47,115 nucleotides of DNA from Phycisphaerae bacterium (lineage in GTDB: Bacteria > Planctomycetota > Phycisphaerae > SM23-33 > FEN-1343): assembly GCA_041687295.1 (NCBI GenBank), contig JAWLCG010000002.1:1-47115 (forward strand). The letters run 5' to 3'. The position numbers and the translations under genes are program-made. The number at the start of each line of letters is the position of its first letter. The first letter of the stretch is position 1. The notes below the pieces were generated by a model. It was given only the letters and a program-made list of their open reading frames with translations, was not told where the DNA came from and did not search any database. Below, in pieces: positions 26,970-36,938 of the stretch.

Positions 26970-29666
26970 ATGGCAGAAGAAGGTGTGACGACGTACATGC
27001 CTATTCAGGGCTGCGCCTGGCAGCTTCAGTTGATCGACGGCGCGGCTGGCAGGCAACTCGTCTGCGCGACCTTTCAGGGCCCGGTCCACGGGGTGGACCT
27101 GCAATCCGGGCGGACGCGGTGGAGCGTGCCGGGGGAGGATTTCCCCTTCGCGCTGGCCTCGGCCAATGCGGCGGATGGCCCTCTCGTCCTGCTGGCCACA
27201 GCCGCGGGGGATCTGAAGGCGATCAACCCGTCCGGCGAGGTGCAGTGGACGTTCCAGTCGCCCTATCCCATGTACGCGGCCGCTGCGATGCGGGTGCGGC
27301 CGGGGCAGGAGCTGATCGCCTGCGGCGGCATCGAGAATCGGCTGCACGTGCTGGACTGCGCCGGACGCACTGTGTACACCCGGCCGATGGAACGCTTCGT
27401 GCACCGCCTGCTGGCCGGCGACTTCGACGGCGATGGGCTGGATGAACTGCTGGTGATGGACGGCCGCGGCGGGGCGGTCATGCTCAAGCTGGAGGGCGAG
27501 CAGTTCCGCGTATTGTGGGAGCATCCGCTGCAGTTGCCCAGCGAGTACGCCAACTGGGAGAACTGGTCCGCCGAGTTTCAGCCGATGGACCTGCACGCGG
27601 CCGACATCGACGGCGACGGCCGGGACGAGATCATCGCCGGCGACTCCTTCCACAACCACCAGACCGTGGCCGTCTTCTCCGGTGACGGCACGCTGCGCTG
27701 GGCGACGAAGCCGCTGAGCTGGTACGCGAACGAGCGCACCGGGTTCGAGTACTTCAGCACCGCCCTGGTCACGACGGTCCCGTCCGCCGCGGGCGATGGC
27801 ACGCGGGAGATCGCGACCGTGGCCGGCGGACTGGTGCGGGTGTTCTCGCACGAGGGCAAACTGCTCTTGGAGGTCGAGTCGGAACTGGGGTTCGCCGACG
27901 TCGTCGCCGACGGCCGAACGCTGTACCTTGGCTCCACGCCCAACGGGGACGAGACGGTTTACCGCGTGGAGCTGGTGCCGGGGTGGGAGCAGCAGGTGGC
28001 CGCGCTCCAGCCGCAAGGGTTGGCTGGGCGGATTCGCCAGACGCTGGCGCAGATGCGCGAGCAGACGCTGCGGCATCCAGGCTCCGCCCGGGTCGATCAG
28101 CCGTACATGATCAAGCAGTTCGGTCTGCCGAAAGACGACATCAGTGCGGAGGCCTACCGCACCATGGTCGAAGGGCTCGAGGACCAGGTGCCCGAGCGGG
28201 TATTTCAGAATGTCGTCTCCATGGGCGTGCTGGAAAACGACCCCGTCCTCAAGCAGGATGGTACTCCCTTCAACCGGAACCGCTTCAACATCGACAGCCC
28301 CAGGGGGACTTACTCACCGGACGAGATCGTCGAACGGGTTCGGTGGATTGAGGCGGAGGGCATCCCGACCGTCTTCGGCATCGGGCACAACTGCAGCCCC
28401 AAGGTGACGCTGCAGACGGCCGAGCGCATGCTGCAGGCCGGGCCGAAGTACCTGGTGGGCTTCCTTACGGCGGAGGATGTCTCCGACGAGTTGATTGGCG
28501 ACTACGTCGAGCAGTTTATCGGGCCGCTGTGCGACCTGTGCATCCAGTACGGCCACAAGCACGTGGCGATCAAGAACAAGGTGCTCTGGTGGCTGGACGG
28601 CCCGGCCAACCGGAGGGTCTACGACAACCTGTTCGCGGGTTCGCGAGGGCAGGTGATAGTTGCGACCACCGAGCCGTCCAACGCGCGGTGGTCCGAGACC
28701 AACCTCATGGGCCGGCTGGGTCTGTACTACGCGGGCCTCGTCGGCAGAATGTCCGTTGGCGTGATCCGGGACATGTTCGCACCGAACCGCTTCCACGAGT
28801 GCGAGTACCCCCGCAGCGGCCATCCGTTCCTGCGGATGCTGGTGGCCCACGCGGTGACGGGGTGTTCGATCTACCGCTTCGGCATCTCTGACCAACTCAC
28901 CGGCGGGCCCGACCGGGGCCGCTACAACCGCCTGGGCCGGGAGAGCACGGAGTTGTTCCTGCACCTGCTGGGCAAAGGGATCCTCTTCCCGCCGCGCCCG
29001 GAGCAGATGGCCAACATCTGCCCCGTGGGACTGGTCATGCACCCGCCCTCGGAGAAGTGGCTGCGGAATGCGCACAACAACCACCGCCCCTGGGAGGCGA
29101 CCGAGGACGAGGAGACCCTCAACGCCGTCTACCCGCGCCTGCACTGCGGCTGGGGCCACGCGCCGCTGCCGGAGCACGCCTTCGCCCGGGTAGCCTTCCA
29201 CAAGAAACGCGTCTTCGACGGCATGGTGCCGGCGACGCCGTACGGGCACATCCTGATGCTGCCGTGCCACTTCGACCGCAGTGGGGTTGATGTTGTCACC
29301 CAGTGGTGGCACACGGACGGGACCTGCCTCTGGCAGGAGGGTGGGCCCAGGCTGATCGGCCCGGCCGCGGGAGAGGCCCTGCAGGAGTCGCTGGAGAAGG
29401 CGGCAAACGCTCTGCCCCTGCAGTCGGTGGGCGAGGACGTCTTCTACCAGGTGCTCCGGCTCGGTGACGGGGCCTACCGGCTGGTGGCCGTCGACCCCGG
29501 CTGGCTGGACCCGGCCGAGCGGAAGGCGGCGTTTACGGTCAACCTGCCGGGCCTGTGGCAGGCTCGGGACGTCCTGACAAATGAAGCGGTGCCCGTGCAT
29601 GAGCGAAGGGTGGAATTGGCAGTGCCAGCGGGTGCGTTCCGAGTGGTCGACCTGAGCATGGCGTAG
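26970..29666 (+). CDS. Lambda-carrageenase (GH150)-like protein with an N-terminal FG-GAP/PQQ-type beta-propeller
   Basis: Propeller repeats AGDFDGDGLDELL and AADIDGDGRDEII. C-terminal GRLGLYYAG, HPFLRMLV, LLGKGILFPPRPEQ and VDPGWLDP resemble CglA-type proteins as I recall them. AAGGAAGG precedes ATG 26970. Confidence 0.6.
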   Translation: MAEEGVTTYMPIQGCAWQLQLIDGAAGRQLVCATFQGPVHGVDLQSGRTRWSVPGEDFPFALASANAADGPLVLLATAAGDLKAINPSGEVQWTFQSPYPMYAAAAMRVRPGQELIACGGIENRLHVLDCAGRTVYTRPMERFVHRLLAGDFDGDGLDELLVMDGRGGAVMLKLEGEQFRVLWEHPLQLPSEYANWENWSAEFQPMDLHAADIDGDGRDEIIAGDSFHNHQTVAVFSGDGTLRWATKPLSWYANERTGFEYFSTALVTTVPSAAGDGTREIATVAGGLVRVFSHEGKLLLEVESELGFADVVADGRTLYLGSTPNGDETVYRVELVPGWEQQVAALQPQGLAGRIRQTLAQMREQTLRHPGSARVDQPYMIKQFGLPKDDISAEAYRTMVEGLEDQVPERVFQNVVSMGVLENDPVLKQDGTPFNRNRFNIDSPRGTYSPDEIVERVRWIEAEGIPTVFGIGHNCSPKVTLQTAERMLQAGPKYLVGFLTAEDVSDELIGDYVEQFIGPLCDLCIQYGHKHVAIKNKVLWWLDGPANRRVYDNLFAGSRGQVIVATTEPSNARWSETNLMGRLGLYYAGLVGRMSVGVIRDMFAPNRFHECEYPRSGHPFLRMLVAHAVTGCSIYRFGISDQLTGGPDRGRYNRLGRESTELFLHLLGKGILFPPRPEQMANICPVGLVMHPPSEKWLRNAHNNHRPWEATEDEETLNAVYPRLHCGWGHAPLPEHAFARVAFHKKRVFDGMVPATPYGHILMLPCHFDRSGVDVVTQWWHTDGTCLWQEGGPRLIGPAAGEALQESLEKAANALPLQSVGEDVFYQVLRLGDGAYRLVAVDPGWLDPAERKAAFTVNLPGLWQARDVLTNEAVPVHERRVELAVPAGAFRVVDLSMA

Positions 29667-29669
29667 AGG

Positions 29670-29810
29670 TGTCCGAACCACGCCCGCTCGGCCGAGCTGG
29701 AGTTGAGCGTGCCGTTCACCTCGCCGTTCGAGCACTGGTTCAGCGTGACGGCCCAGGCGGAGTCGGCCTTCCAGTCGATGCCGGCCATCGCGCATGCGTC
29801 GGCGTTCTGT
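29670..29810 (-). pseudogene. Unidentified coding fragment
   Basis: Frame AMAGIDWKADSAWAVTLNQCSNGEVNGTLNSSSAERAWFG has strongly GC-biased third positions but no credible start or stop. Strand is ambiguous. Confidence 0.3.
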
Positions 29811-30108
29811 GTACGGGCCTGAGCGGGGCCGCCGACAGACGGAGTGCGGCCCTACGTTCTACGGCACCGTGCCACCTAGCCTGATCGCCATCGTCGTGGT
29901 ACGCTTGATGACGATGACAGGCCCGAACGTCCTGCTGGCCCACATGGGAGGGAACTGCCTGGTACAGCAGCGGCGCTTGGTGCCGGTCGAGGGGCAATTG
30001 CAGACCGAACCGCTGCAGGTATAATAGGAACCGAGCCTGGCGGTTATGCGATGCCCGTTCTGGTGAGGATCGGCGGGGTGTGCTATCCTGGATTGTGGAG
30101 TCGGCCAA
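29740..30108 (-). pseudogene. Decayed AraC-like regulator 5' remnant (copy A)
   Basis: TTG-ADSTIQDS...NRQARFLLYLQ...CHRHQAYH, with a cupin-like HxH and no HTH. Homologous to 46188..46373. Confidence 0.4.
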
Positions 30109-30114
30109 GGTGTA
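29962..30114. repeat. Dispersed diverged repeat, copy A (copy B at 46243-46379)
   Basis: Shared blocks TTGCAG..GCTGCAGGTA(T/C)AAT.GGAACCG.GCCTG.CGGTT and TCCTGGAT(T/C)GTGGAGTCGG.CA.GGTGTA. Confidence 0.8.
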
Positions 30115-30170
30115 GCGCGAACTCCTGACTCCGTTGCGCAGAACCCTCATGGCAGCCTGGGAGCAGACCT

Positions 30171-31487
30171 GTGAGAGAACACTTCGACGTGGTCGTTTGC
30201 GGATCGGGACCCGCTGGATTCTCGGCCGCATACTACGCCGCCCGCAACGGCGCGGACACCTTGCTGGTGGAGAAGAATGGATCGCTGGGCGGGATGCTCA
30301 CTACCGGCCACATGGGCGTCTTCTGCGGGTACGCCTCGTGCGGCCTGTACAAGGAGATCTGCGAAACAATCGGGCAGCGACTGGCGCCGGGACTGCTCGG
30401 GCAGGTCGCGTACGACATCGAGGAGATGCGGCAGTTCCTCTTTGCCAAGGTGGAGGAGTCGGGCATGGCGCTTCTGCTGACCGCCTTTGCCACCGGCGTC
30501 GAGAAACGTGACGGCTCCATTGATCGCCTCCAGGTTCACGCGAAGGAGGGAATGCTCAAGCTCTCGGCCGACGTGTACATCGACGCGACCGGCGACGGCG
30601 ACGTGGCGGCGTTTGCCGGCGAGGAGTACTCGCTGGGGCGCGAGGGCGACGGCAAGTTCCAGCCGATGTCGCTGATGTTCTCGGTGGCAGGCGTGGACAC
30701 CGATCGGTTCGGGAACCCGAAGGACCCCCAGAAGCGGGCAGCGCTATCGGCGAAGCTGCAGGAGTACGTTCATCACGGGGACGTGCCGTACCCCGCCGGC
30801 CACGTCATCCTCATCCAGGGCTGCGGCAAGGGCAACATCAAGGTCAACTGCACCAACGTGATCGACCTGGACGGCACGAAGTCCGAAGACCTCACCTCGG
30901 CAGAGATGCAGTGCCGCAAGCAACTCGCCGGGCTGGTCAGGTTCCTGCGGAATGAGGCCGAGGGCTTCGAAAACTGCTACGTGGCCGGATCGGGTGACAT
31001 GATCGGCGTGCGGTCCAGTCGGCATATCAAGGGCCGTTACGTCCTCAACGAGAAGGACATCAGCGAGGGCCGGGTCTTCGACGACTGGGCGGTGTCGCAG
31101 GCCAAGTACGTCTGGGGCACGCACAACCTGTACGGCCCGATCGGAGGGGACAGCCAGGAGAAGTCCAGGCAGAGCCCATTCGGCCGGCTTCCCCACGACA
31201 AGCTCTACACGATCCCATTCCGCTCGCTTCGGCCGGCCAAGACCGACAATCTGCTGCTGGCCGGGCGATGCATCTCGGGGACCTTCCTGGCCCACTCCAA
31301 CTACCGGGTCATGCCGATCTGCATGGCCATGGGCCAGGGGGCGGGGACCGCGGCGGCCATGGCGGTGAAGACAGGCTGCAGACTGGACGACCTGGACATC
31401 CGCGAGGTGCAGGAGACGCTGGTTCAGCAGGGGGTGGAGCCTCCTCACGCAGAATCGGCCGGTTCTCGGGCGAGTGAAGGCATTTGA
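30171..31487 (+). CDS. FAD-dependent oxidoreductase (FAD_oxidored-type)
   Basis: DVVVCGSGPAG, LGGMLTTG, IDATGDGDVA, YTIPFRSLRP, NLLLAGRCIS and YRVMPICMAMGQGAG. Confidence 0.9.
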   Translation: MREHFDVVVCGSGPAGFSAAYYAARNGADTLLVEKNGSLGGMLTTGHMGVFCGYASCGLYKEICETIGQRLAPGLLGQVAYDIEEMRQFLFAKVEESGMALLLTAFATGVEKRDGSIDRLQVHAKEGMLKLSADVYIDATGDGDVAAFAGEEYSLGREGDGKFQPMSLMFSVAGVDTDRFGNPKDPQKRAALSAKLQEYVHHGDVPYPAGHVILIQGCGKGNIKVNCTNVIDLDGTKSEDLTSAEMQCRKQLAGLVRFLRNEAEGFENCYVAGSGDMIGVRSSRHIKGRYVLNEKDISEGRVFDDWAVSQAKYVWGTHNLYGPIGGDSQEKSRQSPFGRLPHDKLYTIPFRSLRPAKTDNLLLAGRCISGTFLAHSNYRVMPICMAMGQGAGTAAAMAVKTGCRLDDLDIREVQETLVQQGVEPPHAESAGSRASEGI

Positions 31488-31551
31488 GCCGCGGCGGTAG
31501 GCAGGGAGCCACGCCTCTGACCGGTGGCGAGGGCCCCAGTGGCCAGCCCCG

Positions 31552-32403
31552 TCAGCGGTCCACCGGCAACCGGCGGAACTGCTGGGGCGACAGGCCCATC
31601 TGCTGGCGGAACTGCTGCGAGAAGACGAAGGGGTCGCAGTAGCCCAGCTGTTCGGCGACCGTGCGGACCCTGAGCCCCTCGCCCAGCATCGTGCAGGCTG
31701 CCTGGATACGCTGCCGGATGCGGTACTGACCGGGCGAGATATTCAGCTCGGCCCGGAAGTACTTGCGGAAAAACTCGTAGGTCACGCCCAGTTCCTCCGC
31801 CACCTGGGGCAGGCTCAGCTTGCGGTCGAGGTCCGCCGATAGCAGTTGGCAGGCCCGCCGGAGCAGCTCGTTCGGGACCTGGGTCTGCCGGGCGCGGCTC
31901 AGCCGGACCAGGCGATCCATCCATGCCAGGGCCTGTGGCAGTGGCCAGTCCTCCCATGCAGGCCCCGGTTCCTCCATGCGTCGCAGAAGGTGCTCGAATG
32001 CCTCGACCAAGTCGCTTCGCAGCCCCGGTCGTCCCACGGGCGCATCAAGGGTCATGCCCAAGCCTGCACACTGACGAGCGGTGTCCGGGTCCAGGATCAG
32101 CACCGCTTCGAGGAAGTCGCCCGAGGCGTCGGGGTAGGGGCCGTGCGTCTGGTCAGGGGTGAAGACGAAGAAGTCGCCCGGCTCCAGGGGGTGCGTTCGG
32201 CCCGAGGCATCCAGGTGGCGGATGCGCCCCGAGAGCACGTAGTGCATGCTGAAGCGATGACCGCCCGACTGCCGGGCCGGGCTTCGCGGTCGCTCCCGCA
32301 GGGCGAAGCCGGCGGCGATCACGCCCCAATTCATGGGGCGCGGCAGCAGCCGATGGGCCCAGCGGTGGCCGAACAGCCTTTTGGGTACGGTGTAGTCGTC
32401 CAT
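31552..32403 (-). CDS. AraC-family transcriptional regulator
   Basis: Cupin PGDFFVFTPDQTH and HTH ending VAEQLGYCDPFVFSQQFRQQMGLSPQQFR. Start taken as ATG 32403 within the 31552..33684 ORF. Confidence 0.9.
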   Translation of the reverse strand: MDDYTVPKRLFGHRWAHRLLPRPMNWGVIAAGFALRERPRSPARQSGGHRFSMHYVLSGRIRHLDASGRTHPLEPGDFFVFTPDQTHGPYPDASGDFLEAVLILDPDTARQCAGLGMTLDAPVGRPGLRSDLVEAFEHLLRRMEEPGPAWEDWPLPQALAWMDRLVRLSRARQTQVPNELLRRACQLLSADLDRKLSLPQVAEELGVTYEFFRKYFRAELNISPGQYRIRQRIQAACTMLGEGLRVRTVAEQLGYCDPFVFSQQFRQQMGLSPQQFRRLPVDR

Positions 32404-32502
32404 GGGTTCTTCCCAGATTCCCCATGTATAGCCAACGGGCCTATGGCCGGCAAGGCCTTCGCCCGTTAGGCTGCGCCCATCCCCCGTACCTGGAGAGACG
32501 CC

Positions 32503-33618
32503 ATGATGACCGAACGCGAGTGCTACCGCCGGATCGCCCTGTTCCAGAAGGCCGACTACATCCCCAACTACGAGCAGGCGCCGCCGGAGCTGCTGCATGC
32601 CTGGCGCAGCCAGGGCCTGCCGGCCGACGTGGACTACCAGGACTTCTTCGGCATCACGCGCAAACGGCCGGAGACATTCCGCGGCATCGACTACGGTCCC
32701 ATCCCCGGCGTGCCCGACCGCGACCGCAATCTGCCCGAGCCGCCGGAGGGCTTCCACATCGGCCGGGATGCCTGGGGCCGCGTGGGCCTGTGGCACAAGA
32801 AAGAGCTGGATGACGGCTACGCCTCCAATGCACACACGATCGTCCGCGGCGCCCTGCAGAACCGCAGCGATTGGGAGGCCATCCGCGACCACTTCCAGCC
32901 CGACATCGAGCAACGCTATGGCGACCCCAAGGGCAAGAAGACCTGGGAGCAGCTCAAGCAGGACTGGCAGGGCCACGAGCACGTGCTGATCCTGGAAGGC
33001 CCCAGCATGGTCGGCGATCTGCGGATGGAGTTGGGCTTCGAGAACTACGCCCTGAAGCTCTACGACGACCCGGAGATGGTCGAGCAGGTGATGGAGGCCC
33101 GCACGCAGCTGGCGCTGGCGATCCTGGACAAGGCGGTCGCGGAGGTGGACTTCGACATGCTCTGGTTCTGGGAGGACTGCGCGTTCCGCAACGGGCCGAT
33201 CCTCTCGCCGGAGATGTTCGAACGGCTGGCGACACCGCGCTACAAACGGCTGGCCGACTGGTACCGCAGCCGCGGCGGCGAGATCGTGGCCGTCGACTCC
33301 GACGGCGACATCCGCAAGCTGATCCCCGGCTGGCTCAAGGGCGGCATCAACCACATCTGGCCCCTGGAGCCGTTCAGCGGCATGGACGTGGTGGCCCTGC
33401 GAGGCGAGTACGGCCAGGCCTTCAGCATGCGGGGCGGCGTGGACAAGTTCTGCGTCGGCCAGGGCCGCGAGGCCATCGACCGCGAACTCGACCACGTCTT
33501 TCCGGTGGTGCAGGACGGCGGCTTCATCCCGCACCTCGACCACCACCTGCCCACCTGCACCTTCGACGACTACTGCTACTACATGGAGCGGAAGAAGGCG
33601 ATGCTGGCGGCGGTATAG
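32503..33618 (+). CDS. Uroporphyrinogen decarboxylase / MtaA-CmuA methyltransferase-like family protein
   Basis: TERE start, WEDCAFRNGPILSPEMF, VDSDGD, PLEP, MRGGVDK and GGFIPHLDH. Confidence 0.85.
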   Translation: MMTERECYRRIALFQKADYIPNYEQAPPELLHAWRSQGLPADVDYQDFFGITRKRPETFRGIDYGPIPGVPDRDRNLPEPPEGFHIGRDAWGRVGLWHKKELDDGYASNAHTIVRGALQNRSDWEAIRDHFQPDIEQRYGDPKGKKTWEQLKQDWQGHEHVLILEGPSMVGDLRMELGFENYALKLYDDPEMVEQVMEARTQLALAILDKAVAEVDFDMLWFWEDCAFRNGPILSPEMFERLATPRYKRLADWYRSRGGEIVAVDSDGDIRKLIPGWLKGGINHIWPLEPFSGMDVVALRGEYGQAFSMRGGVDKFCVGQGREAIDRELDHVFPVVQDGGFIPHLDHHLPTCTFDDYCYYMERKKAMLAAV

Positions 33619-33718
33619 CCGACGGTTGCTGCCAGAACTTGGCCTCTCGGCCGGTGTTTCAGGAGAAGCGGCCGGGGGATGCATGCGGGGCCGCGATCTT
33701 CAGCAAAGGGAGACTGAC

Positions 33719-36700
33719 ATGTCCAGGACGAACGGGTGGTCGTGGATGGCGCTGGTGGTGACCGGGCTTGTCCTGGTCGGGCCGAGCCGGGCTCAGCAGG
33801 CGGAGTTTCACTGGCAGCAGCCGCATGCCCGAGTCCTGCCCCAGGGCGACCTGGAGTGGACCCCGCAGCCGTTCGAGTTCGCGGCAGGCCGGACCGTCCG
33901 CTACATCGACTATGCCGGCGGCGACGACGCCAACCCCGGCACGCGCGAGCAGCCCTGGAAGCACCACCCGTGGGACCCGGCCGCCACGGGCATCGCCGCC
34001 GGGCATGAGGGGCCGACCACCTACGTCTTTCGGGGCGGCGTGACCTACCGCGGCGTCCTCCGCCCTGACGAATCCGGCCAACCGGGCGAGCCCATCCGCC
34101 TTACGCGCGACCCGTCGTGGGGCGAGGGCGAGGCGCGAATCTACGGTTCCGAGCCCATCCCCGGCAGCTGGACGCAGGGGGCGGACCATGAGCGGATCCC
34201 CGAGCCGGAGAGGGTCTGGGCCATCGACCTGGACTTCGCGCCGCGGACGCTGTGGATGGTGGACGGTGACACCGTCACCCGCATCGCCCTGGCCCGCGAC
34301 CCCAACTGGACCGAGAGCGACCCCCAGGACCCCATGAGCGAGTGGTACACCTGGAAGAACCCCCGCTGGTGGACCGGCGAGCACAAAGCCGAGATCGACG
34401 GCAAGACCTACCACCTCGGCATCGACCCCGAGCAACTCACCGGCCAGGCCGAGGACTACGTGGGCGGCACGGTGTGGACGGAGTGGGGCATCGTCATGGG
34501 CAGCCCGTACCCCACGCAGATCCTTCAGTACGACCCGCAGCAGCAAGCGATCGCCTTTGGCGGCCCGTGGGTGTACACGGCCAGCGAGAAGATCATCGCC
34601 GGCAATCGCTACCACCTCGAGGACCTGCCCCAATGGCTGGACGAGCCGGGCGAGTTCTGGTTCGACAAGAGGGGTGAGGGCGGCCGGCTGTACGTGCGGC
34701 TGCCCGGCGACGTGGACCCTAACACCGTTACACTGGAGGCTGGGCGGCACGTCAACCTGATCGACGCGACGGAGCTGAGCCACTTCGAAATCAGCGGCCT
34801 GACCTTCCGCTTCACGAACGTCCACTGGGACTACAACCACCCGCAGTGGGCCCACCCGGACCTCAAGGCCGGCGTCTTTCGGCTGCAGGGCAGCGGCGAC
34901 GGCCTGGCGTTCCGCAACAACACCTTCGAGCACGTGCACATGCCCGTGCGGATCGAGGTGTCCGCGGGCGGCCGGGTCGGCATGGTGGTGATCACCGACA
35001 ACGTGATGCGTGACACCGACCACGGCGGCATCTGGGTGAAGAACGTCAAGGCCCAGCCCGAGGACGGGCGGAACATCGCCGAGGAGGTCGTGGTCCTGCG
35101 CAACCGCCTGGAGCGGATCGGCTGGCGGAACCTCGCCGGCGCCCATGGCCATGCGATCGGCGTCGACGCGCTGGTCGTCCACGTCGCGGGCAACTTCCTG
35201 GACCGCATCGCCGGCTGGGGCATCAGCGTCTCCGGCGGGCATGTGGAGGGCGACGGCACCGACGTGCCCCTAGGCCGCTACGTCATCCACCACAACCGCG
35301 TGGAGGACTGCCTGCTCAAGAGCTGCGACTGGGGGGCGTTCTACATCACCAGCCACTCCGGGCCGGTGTACGTGTTCAACAACGTCGCCATCAACCCGGT
35401 GGGGCAGATGAACTGGCGCGGCCGGCGGCTGGGCTACGCCTACTACATGGACGGCGGCTACAAGGGCTACCTGTTCAACAACATCGCCGCGGGCATCGAG
35501 AACGAGCATGGCCACCGCCTGGCCAACCACGCCGCGTTCCAGGATATGATCAGCTTCCAGAACACCGTGTTCAACAACACCGTCTGGCAGTTTGAGCAGG
35601 CCACGCGGCGCCAGGCCCCGCAGGGCGGGCGGAACAAGTACCTTGGGAACATCTTCGACGACATCAGCGAGTGGGTCTTCTGGCACCAGAAGCCCGCCGG
35701 CTCGCCCGACGAGGCCAACCAGGCCCACGTGCCCGAGACGGACGCGCTGTTCCCCTACGAGACCAACGCCTACTCCAGCAACGTGCTGCACGACATCGAG
35801 GGGCAGGTCGGCGTGTTCGAGAGCCACGGCATGCCCTACGCTGAGATGGAAGGCTTCGTCGAGGCCATGCGGCAGCGGAGGGCGATGAAGGCTGATGTGG
35901 GCATCGTCGCTGAGGGCCCGGTGCTGGTCGACCCGGAGGCCGGCGACTTTCGGCCGGTGGAGGGCAGCGCCGCCATCGACCGCGGCGTGAAGTTCTTCGT
36001 GCCCTGGGGGCTCTCGGGCATGGTCGGGGAGTGGAACTTCACCCGCAACCAGCTCGACCCGACGGTGATCCTGGACGAGCACTGGTACCAGACGCCCTAC
36101 GCCACCGACCGGGCGATGTACCGCACCCTCCCGCGCTATCCGCTGACGGGCGTGAACGTCACCGCCGACGACTACGTTCAAGGGCCGCTGGAGGACTGGA
36201 CGGACGGGGCGCTGGAGTTGAATGGCCAGGACCAGTACGCCGTGCTGACCCACGAGGTCATCGCTGCGCCCTTCGACTACCGCGTGGAGAAGAAGGACGA
36301 GGAACAGCGCACCGTTGCCGGGCGGGACAAGAAGACCGTGGACATCGGCGCGGACAACTTCCTGATCGAGATCTTCTTCCGCAGCCGGCCCGGTCAGACC
36401 GACGGCGTCCTGGTCGGCAAGATGGGCGAGGGGGCCGGCTATGAGCTGCGGCTCAACGACGTCGGCGGGGTGATCCTGGAACTGCAGGCTGGCGGGCGCC
36501 AGGCCGAGCTGGCCACGCGCGAGCCGGTCAACGATGGCCAGTGGCACCACGTAATCGCCGAGGTGGATCGCCGGGCCAACAGGGGCCGGGTCTACATCGA
36601 CGGCCAGCCGGCCGCCGAGGTGCGGCTCGGGCTGGACGAGGACACGCCGCTCTGGAACGACGCCGACTTCATCGTCGGCCGGGGCTTCGCCGGGGCGATC

Positions 36701-36862
36701 GACTTCCTCCGCGTCGCCCGCGGCACGCTCGCCGACGCCCGCACCACGATCGGTGAGCTCTATGCCTGGCAGTTCGACGGCCCGCACCTGCGGGACTTCG
36801 CCGGCCAGCCGCCCGTCGGCCGACGCGATGCCGGCGCGATCGAGCACCAGCCGCAACCGTAA
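33719..36862 (+). CDS. Large secreted beta-helix protein with a LamG-like domain; paralog of 6930..10484
   Basis: Signal peptide and colinear high similarity to the 6930 gene (WKHHPWDP, VWTEWGIVMGSPYP, FRFTN.HWDY). LamG VNDGQWHHVIAEVDR. Confidence 0.82.
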   Translation: MSRTNGWSWMALVVTGLVLVGPSRAQQAEFHWQQPHARVLPQGDLEWTPQPFEFAAGRTVRYIDYAGGDDANPGTREQPWKHHPWDPAATGIAAGHEGPTTYVFRGGVTYRGVLRPDESGQPGEPIRLTRDPSWGEGEARIYGSEPIPGSWTQGADHERIPEPERVWAIDLDFAPRTLWMVDGDTVTRIALARDPNWTESDPQDPMSEWYTWKNPRWWTGEHKAEIDGKTYHLGIDPEQLTGQAEDYVGGTVWTEWGIVMGSPYPTQILQYDPQQQAIAFGGPWVYTASEKIIAGNRYHLEDLPQWLDEPGEFWFDKRGEGGRLYVRLPGDVDPNTVTLEAGRHVNLIDATELSHFEISGLTFRFTNVHWDYNHPQWAHPDLKAGVFRLQGSGDGLAFRNNTFEHVHMPVRIEVSAGGRVGMVVITDNVMRDTDHGGIWVKNVKAQPEDGRNIAEEVVVLRNRLERIGWRNLAGAHGHAIGVDALVVHVAGNFLDRIAGWGISVSGGHVEGDGTDVPLGRYVIHHNRVEDCLLKSCDWGAFYITSHSGPVYVFNNVAINPVGQMNWRGRRLGYAYYMDGGYKGYLFNNIAAGIENEHGHRLANHAAFQDMISFQNTVFNNTVWQFEQATRRQAPQGGRNKYLGNIFDDISEWVFWHQKPAGSPDEANQAHVPETDALFPYETNAYSSNVLHDIEGQVGVFESHGMPYAEMEGFVEAMRQRRAMKADVGIVAEGPVLVDPEAGDFRPVEGSAAIDRGVKFFVPWGLSGMVGEWNFTRNQLDPTVILDEHWYQTPYATDRAMYRTLPRYPLTGVNVTADDYVQGPLEDWTDGALELNGQDQYAVLTHEVIAAPFDYRVEKKDEEQRTVAGRDKKTVDIGADNFLIEIFFRSRPGQTDGVLVGKMGEGAGYELRLNDVGGVILELQAGGRQAELATREPVNDGQWHHVIAEVDRRANRGRVYIDGQPAAEVRLGLDEDTPLWNDADFIVGRGFAGAIDFLRVARGTLADARTTIGELYAWQFDGPHLRDFAGQPPVGRRDAGAIEHQPQP

Positions 36863-36938
36863 CGTGGTGTCGGGGCTCCGCCCGAAGGCCCAGTGCAGGC
36901 ATCTGACCAGGAACCGTGAGAGATAAGGGAGAGAATCC

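Noticed and set aside
31552-33684. 710-aa ORF as an extended AraC
   Set aside because: The 5' part is antisense to the URO-D-like gene.
10338-36805. Near-identical 99-nt segments as a DGR template/variable repeat pair
   Set aside because: All 8 differences are synonymous third-position changes, none is adenine-specific, and no reverse transcriptase is present.
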